Shown here in pieces: positions 44,860 to 55,290 of a stretch of DNA of 64,000 bases. The first letter of the stretch is position 1; every line of letters begins with the position of its first letter. Under the pieces are notes generated by a model that saw only the letters and a list, made by a program, of their open reading frames with translations, had not been told where the DNA came from and made no database searches. Origin of the DNA: Bacteroidales bacterium (GTDB lineage: Bacteria; Bacteroidota; Bacteroidia; Bacteroidales; UBA12077); contig JAHOYT010000022.1 in NCBI GenBank assembly GCA_019038645.1, positions 998-64,997 on the forward strand. Direction: 5' to 3'. A program made the translations under genes and the position numbers.

Positions 44860-45849
44860 ATGGAAACCGTTGTTAGTGGAATCAGATCAACAGGAAATCT
44901 GCATCTTGGGAATTATTTCGGTGCATTAAGAAACTTTGTTAAAATGCAGCATGAAAATAATTGCTTTTTCTTTATTGCTGATTATCATTCATTAACTACA
45001 CACCCAACTCCCGGAGATTTACACGGAAGTGTGAAACAGGTTTTAGCAGAATATCTGGCATGCGGACTTGACCCCGAAACAGCTACATTATATCTTCAAA
45101 GCGATGTTCCGGAAGTGACAGAATTATACTTGCTTCTTAACATGAACGCCTATATTGGCGAACTGGAAAGAACTACATCATTTAAAGATAAAGTTCGTAA
45201 ACAACCTGAAAATGTAAATGCCGGCTTGTTAACATATCCTGTTTTAATGGCGGCGGATATTCTTATTCATAATGCTTCAAAAGTACCGGTAGGTAAAGAT
45301 CAGGAACAAAATCTTGAAATGGCACGTAAATTTGCACGTCGCTTTAACAATATGTACAAAGTTGAATACTTTACAGAACCACAACCCTATAATTTTGGTG
45401 AGGCATTAATTAAAATTCCTGGTCTGGATGGAACCGGTAAAATGGGAAAATCAGAAGGGAATGGAATATACCTAGCTGATGATCCGGCAGTTATTCGCAA
45501 AAAAGTTATGCACGCTGTAACTGATAGCGGACCAACTGAAATGAATTCCGAAATGGCTGAGCCAATTCAAAATCTATTTACTTTAATGGATGTTGTTTCT
45601 GAAAAAAACACAATAGATTTCTTTAAAGAAAAATATGCAAATTGCGAAATAAGATACGGCGATTTAAAAAAGCAACTGGCTGAAGATATTATTAATTTCA
45701 CTTCTCCAATTCGCGAAAAGATTCTGGATATTTCTGCAAATGAAGACTATTTAAGAAAAGTAGCAGGAATGGGAGCAGAAAAAGCCCGAGAAAGTGCAGC
45801 AAAAACAGTTAAAGAAGTTCGGAAAATTATTGGATTTAAGCCGTTTTAA
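44860..45849 (+). CDS. trpS: Tryptophan--tRNA ligase
   Basis: 329 aa, class I aaRS. HIGH motif GNLHLGNYFGA and KMSKS motif KMGKS, with the overall TrpS pattern. Confidence 0.97.
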   Translation: METVVSGIRSTGNLHLGNYFGALRNFVKMQHENNCFFFIADYHSLTTHPTPGDLHGSVKQVLAEYLACGLDPETATLYLQSDVPEVTELYLLLNMNAYIGELERTTSFKDKVRKQPENVNAGLLTYPVLMAADILIHNASKVPVGKDQEQNLEMARKFARRFNNMYKVEYFTEPQPYNFGEALIKIPGLDGTGKMGKSEGNGIYLADDPAVIRKKVMHAVTDSGPTEMNSEMAEPIQNLFTLMDVVSEKNTIDFFKEKYANCEIRYGDLKKQLAEDIINFTSPIREKILDISANEDYLRKVAGMGAEKARESAAKTVKEVRKIIGFKPF

Positions 45850-45902
45850 AATAGATATGAGATACTCGTAATGTATATTGGGGATAGTAATAATTAATTC
45901 AT

Positions 45903-46367
45903 TTAAGGTTTTACTATTACTTCAACACGAACTGCTTTTTCTTTAATTGATTTCTCCAGGAAGGCATGATAAGGTAATGATATTCCAGCTATATGTGTAT
46001 CATCTCTGGTAATTGTTATTCTGTATATAATTTCAATATTATTCCCCTCTGCTTTTTCATCAGTAATTGAGCCTCCTCCATCGATACTCTTTGTTCCGAT
46101 TATTAATAAGTATTTTTCAAAATCAATTTTGGGGATATTCTCCCCTGTTACATATTTTGTAATATCACTTTCGGAATAAATCAAATAATAGGCATCATTA
46201 ACATATTCTGGCTTTAACAATAAATAACAATCATCACAACCAAAATCAGTAATTTTTTTAATCTCCATGGGTTCAAGGTCTCCTGTATCCACAATATCTT
46301 CCTCACAACTAAATACCATTAAAAATATTATTCCGCACAGGAATAATACTTTACTTATGTTTATCAT
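45903..46367 (-). CDS. Small lipoprotein of unknown function (paralog of 46403-46879)
   Basis: 154 aa. Signal plus lipobox VFSCEEDIVD, acidic after the Cys (surface-export-like). The N-terminal region is similar to the neighbouring ORF. Confidence 0.5.
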   Translation of the reverse strand: MINISKVLFLCGIIFLMVFSCEEDIVDTGDLEPMEIKKITDFGCDDCYLLLKPEYVNDAYYLIYSESDITKYVTGENIPKIDFEKYLLIIGTKSIDGGGSITDEKAEGNNIEIIYRITITRDDTHIAGISLPYHAFLEKSIKEKAVRVEVIVKP

Positions 46368-46402
46368 AAATTTTTAGTTTTAATGCCGCTTTAGATTAGT
46401 TA

Positions 46403-46879
46403 TTAATTTGTTGCAGATTTGATGATTACCTGAATGAAATGTAAAAAAAGTATATCAGTTGTACATAGATTGAAAATCATTTCATTTTCATTAGCGATTA
46501 AATATAAAATCTTAACCTCATACTTATAGCGTAATGAGTCAGGAAAATAAGTAGAATTCCTATAATTTTGAAAATATGATTCTGGGATTTTGTAAAGAGT
46601 ATCGGATATATTTTTGTAAAGAGTATCGGATATATTACTAATAACATTTGCTGGCATTTTATAAATACTGTCAGAAAGGTTATAGGTAACCAATGTATCT
46701 TTTAAATCTGTTGATATGATAACATATCCTATTCTGTAATGATGGTTTATGGTGCAAGGGTCAAAACCAACAATATAACCTTCGGCTAATTTAATTGGCT
46801 CATCATCATCTTTCTCACAGCTAAAAGCAATAAATCCAATTATTCCAAACAAAAATACTATTTTACTGAGGTTTGTCAA
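46403..46879 (-). CDS. Small lipoprotein of unknown function with in-frame 8-aa tandem repeat
   Basis: 158 aa, apparent TTG start, lipobox AFSCEKDDDE. ISDTLYKN/ISDTLYKI is duplicated. Confidence 0.45.
   Translation of the reverse strand: MTNLSKIVFLFGIIGFIAFSCEKDDDEPIKLAEGYIVGFDPCTINHHYRIGYVIISTDLKDTLVTYNLSDSIYKMPANVISNISDTLYKNISDTLYKIPESYFQNYRNSTYFPDSLRYKYEVKILYLIANENEMIFNLCTTDILFLHFIQVIIKSATN
46591..46638. repeat. 2 x 24-nt near-perfect tandem repeat inside the lipoprotein gene
   Basis: TGTAAAGAGTATCGGATATATTTT is followed by TGTAAAGAGTATCGGATATATTAC (22/24 identical). The repeat is in frame. Confidence 0.9.
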
Positions 46880-47172
46880 TACATTATTAATTTTTAGGTT
46901 TAAAAAACAAAAATAAATTTAAGCATAATTAAAAAAAAGAACTATGCTTCTACCTGTTAATTCCCAAAAACCACAAGAGGTGACCCCTTAACTTGAAGTT
47001 TTTTTTCGCACTTTTTAAACAAAAAGGATTAATGGCATGAATATCAACAATTAAGCGTTTTAAAAAAAAGATACTGGTTTTAAACCTTTTTAAATAAGAT
47101 TGAACTTAGGGTCGGGAGTATTGAAATACTTTTATTGGTGATTCCCGCAATTCAAATCACTATACTTTTTTC

Positions 47173-47988
47173 TTAAATAAACATTAATAAACTAACAGCC
47201 ATAACCATCATTCCTAATACTAAGCCATAAATTGATAAATGGTGCTCTCCATATTCCCTTGCTGCCGGCAAGAGCTCATCTATTGAAATAAATACCATGA
47301 TTCCTGCAACACCGGCAAATAAAATTCCAAATATAGTAGGTGACAAAAAAGGCATTAAAATTAAGTACCCTATTAATGCTCCAACAGGCTCTGCCAGGCC
47401 AGATAAAAATGAATTCCAAAACGCTTTCTTTTTATCTCCTGTAGCAAAATATATAGGAACAGAAACAGCTATTCCCTCAGGAATATTGTGAATGGCTATG
47501 GCAACAGCAATAGCAATACCCAAACCAGGATCAGTTAAGGCTGCTGTAAACGTTGCTAATCCTTCAGGGAAGTTGTGAATAGCAATTGCTAAAGCCGTAA
47601 ACATTCCCATTTTCATTAACTTCTTATTTTTATACTCTTTTTTAGCATTCTCATCCATTTCCTCAACCATGCGAATTTCATGTGGATTTTCAATTGACGG
47701 TATTAACTTATCAATTAAAGCAATTAATAGCATGCCACCGAAAAATGATATTACAGTGATCCACGAGCCCATTCTTTCTCCCATTTCAGCAATAAGTGAG
47801 TCTTTTGCTTTAAAAAAGATTTCCACCATTGAAACATAAATCATTACTCCTGCAGAAAAACCCAGTGCCAGTGATAAGAATCTGGTATTTGTGGTTTTAG
47901 TAAAGAAAGCAAGAACGCTACCAATTCCTGTTGATAAACCAGCGAATAAGGTTAAACCAAAAGCGAATAATACTGTTTCTGTAATCAT
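47173..47988 (-). CDS. zupT: ZIP-family zinc transporter ZupT
   Basis: The ORF track starts at a TTG (48027). The ATG at 47988 ([12 protein letters not shown]...) gives ~271 aa, matching ZupT length. It has 8 TM segments and the conserved motifs HNFPEGLA and IAIHNIPEG. Confidence 0.85.
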   Translation of the reverse strand: MITETVLFAFGLTLFAGLSTGIGSVLAFFTKTTNTRFLSLALGFSAGVMIYVSMVEIFFKAKDSLIAEMGERMGSWITVISFFGGMLLIALIDKLIPSIENPHEIRMVEEMDENAKKEYKNKKLMKMGMFTALAIAIHNFPEGLATFTAALTDPGLGIAIAVAIAIHNIPEGIAVSVPIYFATGDKKKAFWNSFLSGLAEPVGALIGYLILMPFLSPTIFGILFAGVAGIMVFISIDELLPAAREYGEHHLSIYGLVLGMMVMAVSLLMFI

Positions 47989-48063
47989 TTTTTCAATTAT
48001 TTGGGTTATGAAAAATATATAGAGCAATCTAACAATATCCTCTGTAAAAAGTTTAATTCTTTG

Positions 48064-49245
48064 TTACACATTAACTTTTTTTGCCCGTTTAAACAATTTG
48101 CTTCTGTCGAATAAATATCGATAAGTAACATGTGTTTTTAAAATTTTGGATCCTACCTGCTGTAATACTTTCATCATACTTGGATTAAAATCTCCAATCC
48201 AGTTAAACTGCAGGTGTTTATATGGAAAATTCTTTTTTAAAGCTTCGTTAGCAAAAGCCATTACAATTCCACCTTCAATTCCTTTTGCCTGGTATTCAGG
48301 AATAATGCCAAAAATCAATCCTAAAACAGTATCGCATTTCCCTATTGATTTGTAAAACAGGAATTTAAGCTTCCCAATTAAGTTCATCTTACCATTCAGG
48401 TATTTAACAATTTGATTTATCTCGGGTACCTGAAGAAAAAAAGCAATTGGTTCGTTCCCAAAATAAGCAAACCACATAATACGCTCATCTAAAATGGGTT
48501 TTAAGCTTTTCATTAAAACTTTTGCATGAGCAGGCTTCATTTCTGAAACGCCTGGAAATCTTGCCCAGGCTTTATTATATATTACTCTAAAATCTTCGGT
48601 AAACCTTTCAGGATTTTTCTTATCAAAGTGTTCAAAATGATATTTTGGGTTTCGTTTTAATCGCTCCGCCTTCTCTTTTATTACATCGCTTAAGCCTTCT
48701 TTGTTAACTAACCGATAATAAGTATACTGATTAAAGTAATTTTCGAAACCATAAGCTTCGAACAAATCCTTATAGTAAGGAAAGTTGTAAGGCATGCAAT
48801 AATTTGGAGGATACTCAAAGCCATCAACCAGGCATCCCCACCAACGATCACGATCACCAAAATTTATAGGTCCGTCCATTGCTTCCATTCCTTTTTCCTG
48901 TAACCAATCTTTGCATTTATCAAATAAAGTAAATGCAGCTTCTGTATCATTTATACAATCGAAAAACCCCATTCCTCCTGTGGGTTGATCATTTCGGGCG
49001 GCAGTTTTTTTATCGTAGAATACTGCTATCCGGCCAATGGTTTCTTCTTTATCATTTACAAGTATCCATAGGGAAGCCTCGCCATTTCTGAAAAGCTTAT
49101 TCTTTGATGGATCAAATACATTTTCAATATCCTGATCTAACGGACGTACCCATTGTTTTTCATTTTTATACAACCTGGCCGGAAAGCGAATAAATTCCTT
49201 TTTTGAAAATTTATCTGAAACCTGAATCAATTTATACTTACTCAT
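48064..49245 (-). CDS. Hypothetical protein with C-terminal GNAT-like acetyltransferase fold
   Basis: 393 aa. The possible acetyl-CoA motif-A-like segment is IIPEYQAKGIEGGIV. No confident family assignment by eye. Confidence 0.4.
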   Translation of the reverse strand: MSKYKLIQVSDKFSKKEFIRFPARLYKNEKQWVRPLDQDIENVFDPSKNKLFRNGEASLWILVNDKEETIGRIAVFYDKKTAARNDQPTGGMGFFDCINDTEAAFTLFDKCKDWLQEKGMEAMDGPINFGDRDRWWGCLVDGFEYPPNYCMPYNFPYYKDLFEAYGFENYFNQYTYYRLVNKEGLSDVIKEKAERLKRNPKYHFEHFDKKNPERFTEDFRVIYNKAWARFPGVSEMKPAHAKVLMKSLKPILDERIMWFAYFGNEPIAFFLQVPEINQIVKYLNGKMNLIGKLKFLFYKSIGKCDTVLGLIFGIIPEYQAKGIEGGIVMAFANEALKKNFPYKHLQFNWIGDFNPSMMKVLQQVGSKILKTHVTYRYLFDRSKLFKRAKKVNV

Positions 49246-49251
49246 ATAATA

Positions 49252-51351
49252 TCACTCCTTTTTTGACCATTTTAATAATATCCTTGCAATGTTTGTAGCA
49301 TGTCCGTTAATTGCTCTGAGCATGGTCATTAGTTCAACATGTGTTTTGCTACTCGATATAGTTTCAATAATTTCGTCTTTTAAGCGTTCAAAATGCTGTT
49401 TTTCCAACTCGATTTCCATATTTCGATATCGTCTGTATTTCTCTTTCATTGCTTTTGCTTTTTCCAAATTTACATTTTCAAATACATCCAACGCTCTGCT
49501 TAATTGTTTTTGGGTTTTTGTATGATAATTAATAATCTCATTTTTGCCATCCACAGAAAATTCAAAGTCCATCTTACTCCATTGTTCAGCTTTTTTTATC
49601 ATAACTGTAGATATGATATCAGCAATTTGCTCAAATTCTTTTACAGTATACATCAACTGGAATGATTCATTTACGCGCTCTTCATTCAGATTCTCGCGGG
49701 TAATTTTTAATATAAAATCATTAATCTGATCACGCAAAAAATTAACTTCCTTTTCTTTTTCGTTTATGTCATAAATAACTTCTGTTTTTTTAACTAAATA
49801 TGGAATTATAATGTCTGCTGTCATATTCTGAACTAATTTACCCATTCGGATCGTTTCTTTCTTGGCTAAACTTAGTGCTAACGAAGAATTTTTAACCATG
49901 CTATAATCGAGATAAACTGTTCTTAAAATTGGCTCTTCGGTAATTTTTAACGGTAGAATTCTTTCAATTAACTTTGAAAAAACAATTGTAAATGGAAGAA
50001 TTAAGAAAGTAAGGACTATATTAAAAACGGTATGAGCATTGGCTATTTGGCGCGGAACAGTATTTGCTAAAACAGTAAATTCATCATTAACTGAGAAACT
50101 TTTAGGTGATAAAAATCTAACAATTTCTGCAAACTGCGGAATCCAGAATATAAAAATCAAAACACCAATTACTTTTATAAGAGTATGTGCTAAAGCAACT
50201 TGTTTTGCTTCCCTGTCTGTTTTTATACTTGCTAAAATAGCTGTAATAGCTGTACCTATATTCGCACCAAATAAGAGTGGAATTGATGCTTCCAGACTTA
50301 ACAATCCCTGTGTTGATAAGATAATCATTATACCAATAAAAGCACTGCTACTTTGAATTAAAGCTGTAAATGCGGCTCCAACAAGTATTCCTAACAATGG
50401 ATTTTCCAGTTTTACAATTGAATCAATAAACGGAGCATAAGATCTTAAAGGATACATTGATTCTGACATAATGTGCATCCCGAAAAACAGAATCCCAAAT
50501 CCAAGAATAGTTTTACCAATATTCCGTACACTGGCTGATTTTGTAAATGAATTCATCAAAAACCCAATTCCAATTAAGAAAAGGGAATAATCAGTTAACT
50601 TAAATGCAATTAACTGTGCAGTAATGGTCGTTCCAATCCCCGCGCCCAGAATTACGCCAGTGGTTTGCCTGAATTTCATCAATTTGGAATGCACAAAACT
50701 AACCAGCATTACAGTAGTAGCACTACTGCTCTGTATTACCATAGTAACAAATGTTCCAACACCAACTGCTATGAATCTGTTATGTGTAATCTGACTTAAC
50801 ACCGAGCGCATTTTATCACCGGCCGCATTCTGCATTCCGTCGCTCATCATATTCATCCCCAACAAAAACAAGCCTAAACCACCAATCAATCCAGCAATCA
50901 GGAGAAATACCCAGTTGGTTTTTCTGGCAAAAACTTTATAAATCAAAAAATTGGTTTCCGGGTAATCCAATAACTGAGCAGATATTTCATACATTCCTTC
51001 TTTCGAACCCAAAATCACAAATGTTTCAGCAATTCCGAACGAATCTGTATAAATTAAAGTATCGCGTAATCTAAAACTTCTATCACCATCAGGAACAGAA
51101 ATTTTATTAAGTTTTATGGTCAGATCTTTAACAGGTTCATTTTCTTTATTTAAAACTTTTACACGAATTGGTTTGTCGGTTTTCAACCGGGCTGTCTGCG
51201 TTTGTAAATCTCCGGAGAAACCCGGAATCGTTTTTGAAACAGGTTTTATCAGTTTATAAGATTCATAAAAAGTGAGGCTGTCATTTTGAGCGGGTGCAAA
51301 ATATGATAGCAAAATAAACAGGCCTGATAATATCCCTATTTTGAGTTTCAT
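49252..51351 (-). CDS. Na+/phosphate cotransporter family protein (NptA-like, PhoU-like C-terminal domain) with extra N-terminal secreted beta-rich domain
   Basis: 699 aa. The Na/Pi cotransporter repeats include GLFLLGMNMMSDGMQ, QSSSATT and QSSSAF. The C-terminal region is helical and PhoU-like. The N-terminal ~140 aa comprises a signal peptide plus an Ig-like beta domain. Confidence 0.8.
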   Translation of the reverse strand: MKLKIGILSGLFILLSYFAPAQNDSLTFYESYKLIKPVSKTIPGFSGDLQTQTARLKTDKPIRVKVLNKENEPVKDLTIKLNKISVPDGDRSFRLRDTLIYTDSFGIAETFVILGSKEGMYEISAQLLDYPETNFLIYKVFARKTNWVFLLIAGLIGGLGLFLLGMNMMSDGMQNAAGDKMRSVLSQITHNRFIAVGVGTFVTMVIQSSSATTVMLVSFVHSKLMKFRQTTGVILGAGIGTTITAQLIAFKLTDYSLFLIGIGFLMNSFTKSASVRNIGKTILGFGILFFGMHIMSESMYPLRSYAPFIDSIVKLENPLLGILVGAAFTALIQSSSAFIGIMIILSTQGLLSLEASIPLLFGANIGTAITAILASIKTDREAKQVALAHTLIKVIGVLIFIFWIPQFAEIVRFLSPKSFSVNDEFTVLANTVPRQIANAHTVFNIVLTFLILPFTIVFSKLIERILPLKITEEPILRTVYLDYSMVKNSSLALSLAKKETIRMGKLVQNMTADIIIPYLVKKTEVIYDINEKEKEVNFLRDQINDFILKITRENLNEERVNESFQLMYTVKEFEQIADIISTVMIKKAEQWSKMDFEFSVDGKNEIINYHTKTQKQLSRALDVFENVNLEKAKAMKEKYRRYRNMEIELEKQHFERLKDEIIETISSSKTHVELMTMLRAINGHATNIARILLKWSKKE

Positions 51352-51559
51352 TATAACAAATTTAAGCTTGTTAATTTACTTTTGAAAAAAGAAGTGAATA
51401 AATATTGATTTCAAATTATATTTTCTTTCTAAAGCTTATATAATTGGTTTTGGAGATCAAATGATGAAAGTTTTTCAAAGAATCTAAACAAAAACGAAGC
51501 TGTCTACAAAATCATTAACTGCATCCTCAACTTGTATTATATAACTTAATAAGAAATTA

Positions 51560-52621
51560 TCAAAATCTAATCTGTCCGTTTAAATCAACACAAAACTGAT
51601 TCTCATACATTTTAAAATCGTTAAAGTCAAAGGAAACCTTATTGCGTGCAACAGTTCTGATTAAACCTTCATTTTTAAGTGTGTAAAAATCATTTGTGTT
51701 TTTTACCTGACTTGCTAACTGTTTTGATAAAACTGTTATGTTACTTAAAATCCCTGAAACATAACCATTCCACAAGCCTCGTGTAAGCCTGAAAGTATTT
51801 AATTCTGAATCGGTACTATCCCGGGCAAACTCTAAATCAGTTCTGTAATTATACGTTCTCCCTTCAAAAATTATTAATTTTTCACCATAAATAGATGAAA
51901 TATCATATTCCCTGTTTACGACTCTATAATTATACTGTGAAATTAAATCAGCAGAATCACTATTTGCTATATTATCCTTTATAAAGAAATTAAAAAACTC
52001 AATTTTTTCGTGTCTGAAATTTTTTTCCATGAAAACCTGAAGATGTTCTCCTTTAACTTCAAGAGTATCCACATTTTTTTCGGAATCAGAATCGTAATTA
52101 AATTTAATTAATACAATTCCTTCGTTATATTTCGTATAAAACGTATCGACCAATGTAATTCCCGAATTGTCATAAGGAATTGTTGCCTTTGATAAAGAAA
52201 AATCCTGAAACTTAGTTGAGTATAATGAGTATTTTCCTGATTCGTGTAAATTGGTATAATCATCTGTAATATTACTAATGGTGCTATAATTCATTAGTGC
52301 AAAAATTGCCTTAGCTCTCAAAATTGCCTGCTTAAAAGCCTCGTCTTTTTCCATATTAGGATCAGAATAAGCAACTACTCTGGCCGGATTACTAAAATCT
52401 ACCGGATTAAAAACCCAATCGGGAAGTTTTTCGGGGATTCTGTCGTACAAATTTCTTTTTGCATTTGTTGTATCCTGATATTCATCAAATTCCTGATTAA
52501 ATACATTTTCTTCGTAATTCTTTTTATCCTTATCAATTAAGTTTGAAGAAGTAGTTTCCTGAGCTGGAAGTATTGAATTACTGAAAAAAAGAATGGTTAT
52601 TAAAACGGCAAAATATTTCAT
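51560..52621 (-). CDS. Secreted hypothetical protein downstream of a TonB-dependent receptor
   Basis: 353 aa with a signal peptide (ILFFSNSILPAQE). No recognisable motif. Confidence 0.4.
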   Translation of the reverse strand: MKYFAVLITILFFSNSILPAQETTSSNLIDKDKKNYEENVFNQEFDEYQDTTNAKRNLYDRIPEKLPDWVFNPVDFSNPARVVAYSDPNMEKDEAFKQAILRAKAIFALMNYSTISNITDDYTNLHESGKYSLYSTKFQDFSLSKATIPYDNSGITLVDTFYTKYNEGIVLIKFNYDSDSEKNVDTLEVKGEHLQVFMEKNFRHEKIEFFNFFIKDNIANSDSADLISQYNYRVVNREYDISSIYGEKLIIFEGRTYNYRTDLEFARDSTDSELNTFRLTRGLWNGYVSGILSNITVLSKQLASQVKNTNDFYTLKNEGLIRTVARNKVSFDFNDFKMYENQFCVDLNGQIRF

Positions 52622-52722
52622 TTTCTAAACAATTAGTTCGATGATCAAAAACTAAAAATACCAATTTAATTTATTTTCTTTGCAATCTTTGAACCAAAAA
52701 TTTCTATCCGGATATTTTTTTG

Positions 52723-55131
52723 TTAAAAATTAGCTCTAAGTCCAACGATAAGGTTTCTGCCCGGAGCTACAATACCTGAAGAATAAGGTCTGTAGCGGTT
52801 ATCCAAAATATTTTCCATTCCTAAATTAATTGTGCCCCAATCTTTAAAATTATATGAAGTCATAACATTCAGTGTCCACCAGGCCGGAGAATATGGATTA
52901 CCATTATTATCAGTGGCATACATATAAGGTTTATCCTGTTCGCCTGGAGCTAAGTTTTCGTACTTTATTTCTCCGTTATAATCGGCAAACACTGATGCAG
53001 TAATTCCTTTATGTGAATATGTAAATCGTGTACTACCAAACAGGGGAGCGGAATGCCGTAATGCAATTCCATCCTGATCTTCACCATGTGTGTAATTCAG
53101 TACAGATTTCAATTTAAGATTATTAAGTAATTCGATATTAGCAGAAGCAGTGAATCCATAAATATAAGCCTTATCAGCATTAACAATTGCAAGCACTTTG
53201 CTCATCTCATTTTTATAAATAATGGAATCTTTACCATTAAATGTAAAATCCCTACGAACAAGCGCATTTGTTAAATAAGTATAAAATCCCGTGATACTTA
53301 ATGTAGCCACATCTAATATTTCTTTCTGAATTCCCAGATCAACATTATAGGCATATTCGGGTTTCAGGTTTTCATTCGGAACAATAATCGTTCCCGGCTC
53401 CGGGTCAAAAATCTTAGCCATATCGTCTATGTTAGGAGCATGAAAACCAGATGAAAGATTTAAGTTAAACTGCCATTTTTCATTCGGACGATAAACAAAT
53501 CCCATAGAGCCATTAACCGCACTATTATTAACAGATATTTCATCAAAAGGAAAATCAAAAAATGAAGTATCATCTATGGTAGAATATAAACTTACATAGT
53601 TAGCGCGGATTCCGGCAATGGTTGTAAATTTTTCACTAAAATTCTTTTTATAACTTAAATAAGCAGCTAGTGTTGCATAACGATTTAATCCATCCGGATA
53701 TCGTGATTGCTCATCAATTACGCTCCCTGTAGAAATGTTTTTAGTATGTGAATTTGAATTTACGGAATTATAAACAGCTTCAATTCCATAAAAGAGCTGA
53801 TTTTCACGTTTCAGGTTTTTATCAAAATCAATATTCAGCGAATATGCATCTACATTTTCGGTTGATTCAGTTAGCTCGTCACTCCTGTATCTTCGATCAT
53901 GACGGCTTTCTTCATAATCCTGATAGGCAATTGTAAACTTTGAATTATCGAATAACAAATTGGGCTTTGAATATTTAACATTCAATGCATGCATCATCCA
54001 TTTTTGAGGACCATAATACCAATCGCCATATTTTAGAGTTCCATCCGCATATTGAATAAGTCTGTCGTATCGCGGAACATCGGATAGTTTCGAGTAATGA
54101 AATGCATAAGTCATATCCAGATTTTTCGTTGGTCTGAACCGTAACTTTTGCATAAGATTAATCTGGTTATATCCCGATTCAACCTGAACATTTGGATCGC
54201 TATTAGTAAAAATAGAATCAACTCCATTTATTTGCCTTACATATTCTGTACGTTGATATTCCGAATTATTATGGCTTCCCATTCTTAAATCATCATAATC
54301 GCTATAAGTTATGCTTGAAAGAAATCCCCATTTTGAACCACCAACATTAAAATCAAAATGTCCTGTTTTTTCATTATTTGCACTTGAATATCTACTAAAA
54401 GCGTTTCCGGAAAATTGCAATTTTTCACTTGTTGAAAGCTTAACCCTTAATGTATGAAAATCCATAACACCACCTAAGGCATCACTTCCATATGTTACCG
54501 AACCCGGACCAAAAATCACTTCACTGCTTTCTACAGCATTTGCATCTAAAGAAATTATATTTTGTAAATTCCCTTCCCGATAAATAGCATTGTTCATTTT
54601 TACGCCATCAATAACCAGTAAAACTGTATTAGAAGAAAATCCGCGAATCATAGGGCTACCTCCACCAAGCTGGCTTTTTTGAATAAAAACTTCGTTTGAA
54701 TTTGCTAATAAATCGGCCGTAGTTTGAGGATTATCAAAAATGATTTCTTTTTTCGATAAACGAGTTATTTTATTTGGAACCTCCTTCGCATTTTGTTCCC
54801 ACCGGTAAGCAGATATTACATATTCTGCAATTTCAATTATCTTTTTCTCCAGATAAACCACATGATTCATATTAATCAAATCTATTTTTGTAGTAACGAG
54901 TTCATTGTAAGATGGATGCTGAAAGTAAATCGGTTCATCATCTGAAAATTTATCTAAAGGAACTTCGCCTTCCGAATTTGAAAGTGCCGATTTTACTTTC
55001 TGCTCATTAAAAATAGCAACATCTGCAACCGGTTCATTCGTTTCTGCATCTTTAATTAAGAGTGTCTGACTAAAAGAACAAATTGAAAAAAATAAACTTA
55101 TAAGAATTAAATATGTTGTTTTAGATATCAT
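52723..55131 (-). CDS. TonB-dependent outer-membrane receptor with CarboxypepD_reg-like N-terminal domain
   Basis: 802 aa. N-terminal segment LLIKDAETNEPVADVAIFNE. Plug motif GGGSPMIRGFSSNTVLLVIDGVKMNN. The barrel ends GLRANF. Confidence 0.9.
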   Translation of the reverse strand: MISKTTYLILISLFFSICSFSQTLLIKDAETNEPVADVAIFNEQKVKSALSNSEGEVPLDKFSDDEPIYFQHPSYNELVTTKIDLINMNHVVYLEKKIIEIAEYVISAYRWEQNAKEVPNKITRLSKKEIIFDNPQTTADLLANSNEVFIQKSQLGGGSPMIRGFSSNTVLLVIDGVKMNNAIYREGNLQNIISLDANAVESSEVIFGPGSVTYGSDALGGVMDFHTLRVKLSTSEKLQFSGNAFSRYSSANNEKTGHFDFNVGGSKWGFLSSITYSDYDDLRMGSHNNSEYQRTEYVRQINGVDSIFTNSDPNVQVESGYNQINLMQKLRFRPTKNLDMTYAFHYSKLSDVPRYDRLIQYADGTLKYGDWYYGPQKWMMHALNVKYSKPNLLFDNSKFTIAYQDYEESRHDRRYRSDELTESTENVDAYSLNIDFDKNLKRENQLFYGIEAVYNSVNSNSHTKNISTGSVIDEQSRYPDGLNRYATLAAYLSYKKNFSEKFTTIAGIRANYVSLYSTIDDTSFFDFPFDEISVNNSAVNGSMGFVYRPNEKWQFNLNLSSGFHAPNIDDMAKIFDPEPGTIIVPNENLKPEYAYNVDLGIQKEILDVATLSITGFYTYLTNALVRRDFTFNGKDSIIYKNEMSKVLAIVNADKAYIYGFTASANIELLNNLKLKSVLNYTHGEDQDGIALRHSAPLFGSTRFTYSHKGITASVFADYNGEIKYENLAPGEQDKPYMYATDNNGNPYSPAWWTLNVMTSYNFKDWGTINLGMENILDNRYRPYSSGIVAPGRNLIVGLRANF

Positions 55132-55252
55132 TGTTTATCACGGATTATCAATGTTTTGCAAATTTACTATTTGATTACATTTGTTAATATAGGTTTAATC
55201 AATTTTTAACTATGTTTGCCAGCATATATTTCGCTTATAGAATTATATTTAA

Positions 55253-55260
55253 TATTTTTG
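55253..55260 (+). promoter_or_regulatory. Candidate -7 promoter box TAttTTTG for the 55291-61214 operon
   Basis: An exact TAnnTTTG match, 31 nt upstream of the ATG at 55291. Further exact matches lie at 55211-55218 (TAtgTTTG) and about 55176-55184 (TAcaTTTG). Confidence 0.3.
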
Positions 55261-55290
55261 ATAAGAACTGAAAAAATCACTTAATATCCT

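Noticed and set aside
51357-51364. An exact TAaaTTTG -7 box only 5 nt upstream of the Na/Pi cotransporter ATG, which would imply a leaderless mRNA.
   Set aside because: It is a single 8-mer match in T-rich DNA with no -33 element checked. It is too speculative to call as a feature without TSS data.
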